From Octopus vulgaris (lineage: Eukaryota): a DNA stretch of 64,000 nucleotides. The translations under genes were made by a program, and so were the position numbers. The DNA is taken from the NCBI GenBank assembly GCA_951406725.2, contig OX597828.1, positions 21,204,001-21,268,000 on the forward strand, given 5' to 3'. Within the stretch, counting starts at the first letter, position 1. Each line of letters opens with the position of its first letter. Below are positions 60,160 to 64,000 of the stretch, piece after piece. The notes beneath the pieces are model-generated. The model was not told where the DNA came from. It saw only the letters and a program-made list of their open reading frames with translations, and made no database searches.

Positions 60160-60310
60160 GTATGTATGTGTGTGTATCATCAGTGAATCATAAATCTGTA
60201 AAAGAAGCACATTCTAAGATATAGAGCAGTAGCGTATATAGATAAATAGATATGGCCGGTCTATGGGTTTACTCTGAGTTTCACATCCATAAAGCGCTTA
60301 GCTTTATACA

Positions 60311-60371
<61 letters not shown>

Positions 60372-60604
60372 GTATATACATATTTATTTATATACATATA
60401 CATATACATATATATATATATACATACATGCATACATACATATATATATACATACATACATATATCACCGTGATCACCACCGTGACCGACCAGGCTATCA
60501 TATGTTGCTACACATCGCTGGTCACAATGCGCTTCACATTGTTTTAGCCTTCTAACGACATCATCCCGCTGACTAAGCGAACAGGCCAACATATATATAT
60601 ATAT

Positions 60605-60654
<50 letters not shown>

Positions 60655-60691
60655 CATATATATATATACATATATATATATACATATATAT

Positions 60692-60733
<42 letters not shown>

Positions 60734-60789
60734 GCATATTTATACATATACATACATACATACATACACACACACAAGCACACACACAC

Positions 60790-60850
<61 letters not shown>

Positions 60851-61028
60851 CTGTAAATGTAATATGTGACAATTATTCGATAGCCATGATAAAAGTCTGA
60901 GTTTCGGATGCCGAGGTGGAAAACCACGCCGCCATCTCTTCAGTTATCGGCGTGGTTTTCCACCTCGGCATCCGAAACTCGGAGTTTTATCATGGCTACC
61001 GAATAATTGTCATAAATTACACTTACAG
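60851..61028. repeat. ~80-bp-arm inverted repeat of a Penelope-like terminus with hammerhead motif
   Basis: 60851-60931 is complementary to 60948-61028; minus strand gataa-CTGAAGA-gatg..catcc-GAAA-ctc. Confidence 0.8.
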
Positions 61029-61089
61029 ATTAATTCCTCTATTTACATAATATCGAGGTCTCTTTCTTTTGTTGTCTTACCATTTCTAT

Positions 61090-61120
<31 letters not shown>

Positions 61121-61123
<3 letters not shown>

Positions 61124-63078
61124 TTGCAGCGGCGCTAAAGAGCAATGATTTTTCGAGGACCACCTCCCAGATAGAGCAAAAGAAACGAGAATTTCTCCGT
61201 TCATACGATCTAACCAGGCAACACTTGGACACTCTGGAGATCATCCTAGGAGGTGACTACACCAGGGAAGACCAAAAGGATGGAGAAAATATCCAGGACC
61301 CAACAAAAGACACAACCGAGAAACCTAGAACAAAGAGAAACAATGGCACATGTCCAGCTCCCAACACAACTGAAGACCAAAGAAAAATATAAAAAAAGGA
61401 AAAATTGGCGCACTGACCACTACTGAAAGACGATATGCGGATGTAGTGCGCGGTAGCCCAACAAATGGCCAGCTTCACCCAGTTGTGAGAAGGGCAGCAG
61501 CTGAACAGCAATCTTTTTTGTGCATGGCACAAAAAAGTGTTCAGCAGCTGACCTGGCTACAAACACAAAGCTGGAACTATCACCACATAAGACCACCACT
61601 AACAGATGCACCAACACACACACCACAAAAATATTTCTACTGAACGTAGGAGGGCTGCTGCGCGGCAACTGTAAAAGGAAAATCTCATTCTTGAGAGACC
61701 TTGTGACATGCAATCAAGCTATATGCATGGCACTCACAGAAACGCATATTGGACCCGATATAGGGTATGCAGAAATACACATACCGCAATATGCAGTCAT
61801 ACGCTCTGATAGAAAAGGGAGGAGCCATGGTGGAGTTGCAATGTACATCCGAGATGACCTCACGCCCCAGGTCCTGTTGTCATATTCAAACTCAGTGTGT
61901 GACACTCAAATTGTACACATAAGACAACTGAATATCGTCATATGTACTACATATCGCCCACCAGATGCCCCAAATCACTCAGACATGTTTGAAGACTGCT
62001 TAACAAAAATAGAAGTTCTCACCAACCTTGAACAACACAACAGTGTATTCTTCATGGGTGACTTTAACTTCCCCAATTTGGAATGGCCTGGGGGGGGGCA
62101 TATGCTCCCAGGGATGACACACCATCAGCAGGCACAAGCAGAGTCCCTGCTCCATCTAACAAATGCCTCTTTCATGGAGCGAATAGTTCTGCAACCAACA
62201 AGGGCAGATAATATACTGGATCTCTGATTCACAAACAATATGGATATTATCCATAATGTTAAAGTGATGCCGACAATGATCTCGGATCACAACATAATAG
62301 AGCTGTCTATGTATGGACCAAAAGCCCCCGTAGACACACAGCCTATACGATGCATCTACCATCTCTCCAACTTAAACTTTCATAAAGCAAACTGGAAGTT
62401 GATTGAGAAAGAGATCCTCAAACAGGATTGGCCTAAATGTCTCTCCACACCAGACATTAACATGAAACACAAACACTTCATGCCCATAATACAAGCCATA
62501 TGTGACAAATATGTCCCAGTGTCCAGGGCCAGCACACACAAAAACAAAAACAGGATCCCTAGAGAAAGGAAGATTCTTATGAGACGACGGACAAGGATTG
62601 CGAACCTCTTCTCCCTAGAGAGAAGGCGGGAGAGATATGCGGTGATATACATCTGGAAAATCCTGGAGGGTCTTGTCCCAAACTTTGGCATTCAAAGTTA
62701 CCCCAACCGCAGAACTGGGCGCCACTGCATGGTGCCAAAGATTCCAACATCACCATCAAAATACAGGACCAGATACTGCAACAGCTTCGGTTTCAGAGGA
62801 CCACAGCTCTTTAACATCCTCCCTAAATGCCTGAGAGACTTGCATGGTGTGGATGTGGCTTTCTTTAAAACTAAACTGGATCTCTTCTTGTCGGGGGTCC
62901 CAGATGAACCTACCTCACGACAGGAGACACAGATGCGGGCAGCGGCATCGAACTCCCTTGTTGACCAAGTGCCACGTATCAGAGGTGGATTCACATATTA
63001 GTGTTGCTCATTCAGTGGTGGTACCCCAGCATGGCCGCGGCCTTCGGACTAAAACATTTTTAAGGATTTAAGGATTTA
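61121..63078 (+). mobile_element. CR1-group LINE copy with 5' region and complete endonuclease but RT deleted
   Basis: IFLLNVGGL..MALTETH N-terminal APE motifs; stop at 62225; RIAN|LFSLERR fusion; same (GGATTTAA)n tail. Confidence 0.92.
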
Positions 63079-63109
63079 TATATATATATATATATAAATA
63101 CACACACAT

Positions 63110-63206
<97 letters not shown>

Positions 63207-63792
63207 CATTGAAACAAATCTGATAGAAAGTTGGACAAAAGGCCGTAGACTGTTTCGAAGTGTAGACATTAAACAAAATATCCTCTTTAGAACTTCCAAT
63301 GCCAAACCGAATAAAACCACAGCCGTTTGGAAAACTTCTTAGTAACAGTTATATAGAAGAGTTGACTAGCATCCGAATGACAGAGTATCTATTTCTAAGA
63401 ACGGTAGAATATTTCACCAAAAAAGAAAGAACAAAAAAAAAACCAAAGAAAAAACAAAACGGTGCCCCAGCATGACCGCAACTTTAACGTTGGATCAACG
63501 AGATGAAAGAGATTATTTTCCACTAGTCATCTCCGCCAAAGAACTTTATATAGTGCAAGCTGCAAGTTCATACGTTGGTTGCTGTGTGGCCGAGCAATAA
63601 GCTTATCCTAAGGTTACGCGTTCAATCCTCACTGAAAGTGAAACTTAAATAGTGCATAGAAGTCACTAGCAGGGTGGGCCCGATTCCCTCTGAGTGTCAG
63701 GAATTAACGGGTAGAAACACTTGTTTGACGGAAGCTCTTCCTCTGAAAAATTCACCTGCTGTCCGCTTGCCGTGTAGCGAGTTTCCGCCCCT

Positions 63793-64000
63793 TACATACA
63801 TGCATAAATACATACATACATACATACATACATACATGCATACATGCATACATACATACATACATAGATACATACATACATAAATACATACATACATACA
63901 TACATAAATACATACATACATACATACATACGTGCATACATACATGCATACATGCATACATACATAAATACATACATGCATACATACATACATGCATACA
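63793..64000. repeat. (TACA)n microsatellite
   Basis: Direct reading. Confidence 0.97.

Overview
Repeat-dense, AT-rich animal genomic DNA. The SINE families and the (TA)n/(CA)n/(TATC)n/(TACA)n load resemble an octopus/coleoid cephalopod genome; this is inferred, not searched. Almost all short ORFs in the track are microsatellite artefacts. Supported content: (1) an uninterrupted Tx1/L1-clade LINE ORF2 (1-3343, 5' end outside the window); (2) four 5'-truncated copies of a second Tx1 family, all ending in (TATC)n; (3) CR1-group LINE copies (55.4-58.3 kb near complete, 61.1-63.1 kb with an in-frame RT deletion) and RTE fragments; (4) at least four tRNA-derived SINE families; (5) Tc1/mariner MITEs, Helitron relics, satellites, and many Penelope-type fragments carrying minimal hammerhead ribozyme motifs; (6) a possible small minus-strand gene for a tail-anchored protein, and a housekeeping-type promoter near 30.95 kb. 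The most interesting pattern is a SINE variant with a Tx1-derived 3' tail that appears to insert into its own tRNA head at one fixed site (AGC^GGTATTTC), building seamless ~184-bp tandem arrays. A candidate partner LINE is in the same window, itself inserted in a SINE head. No database search was possible, so novelty is unverified.
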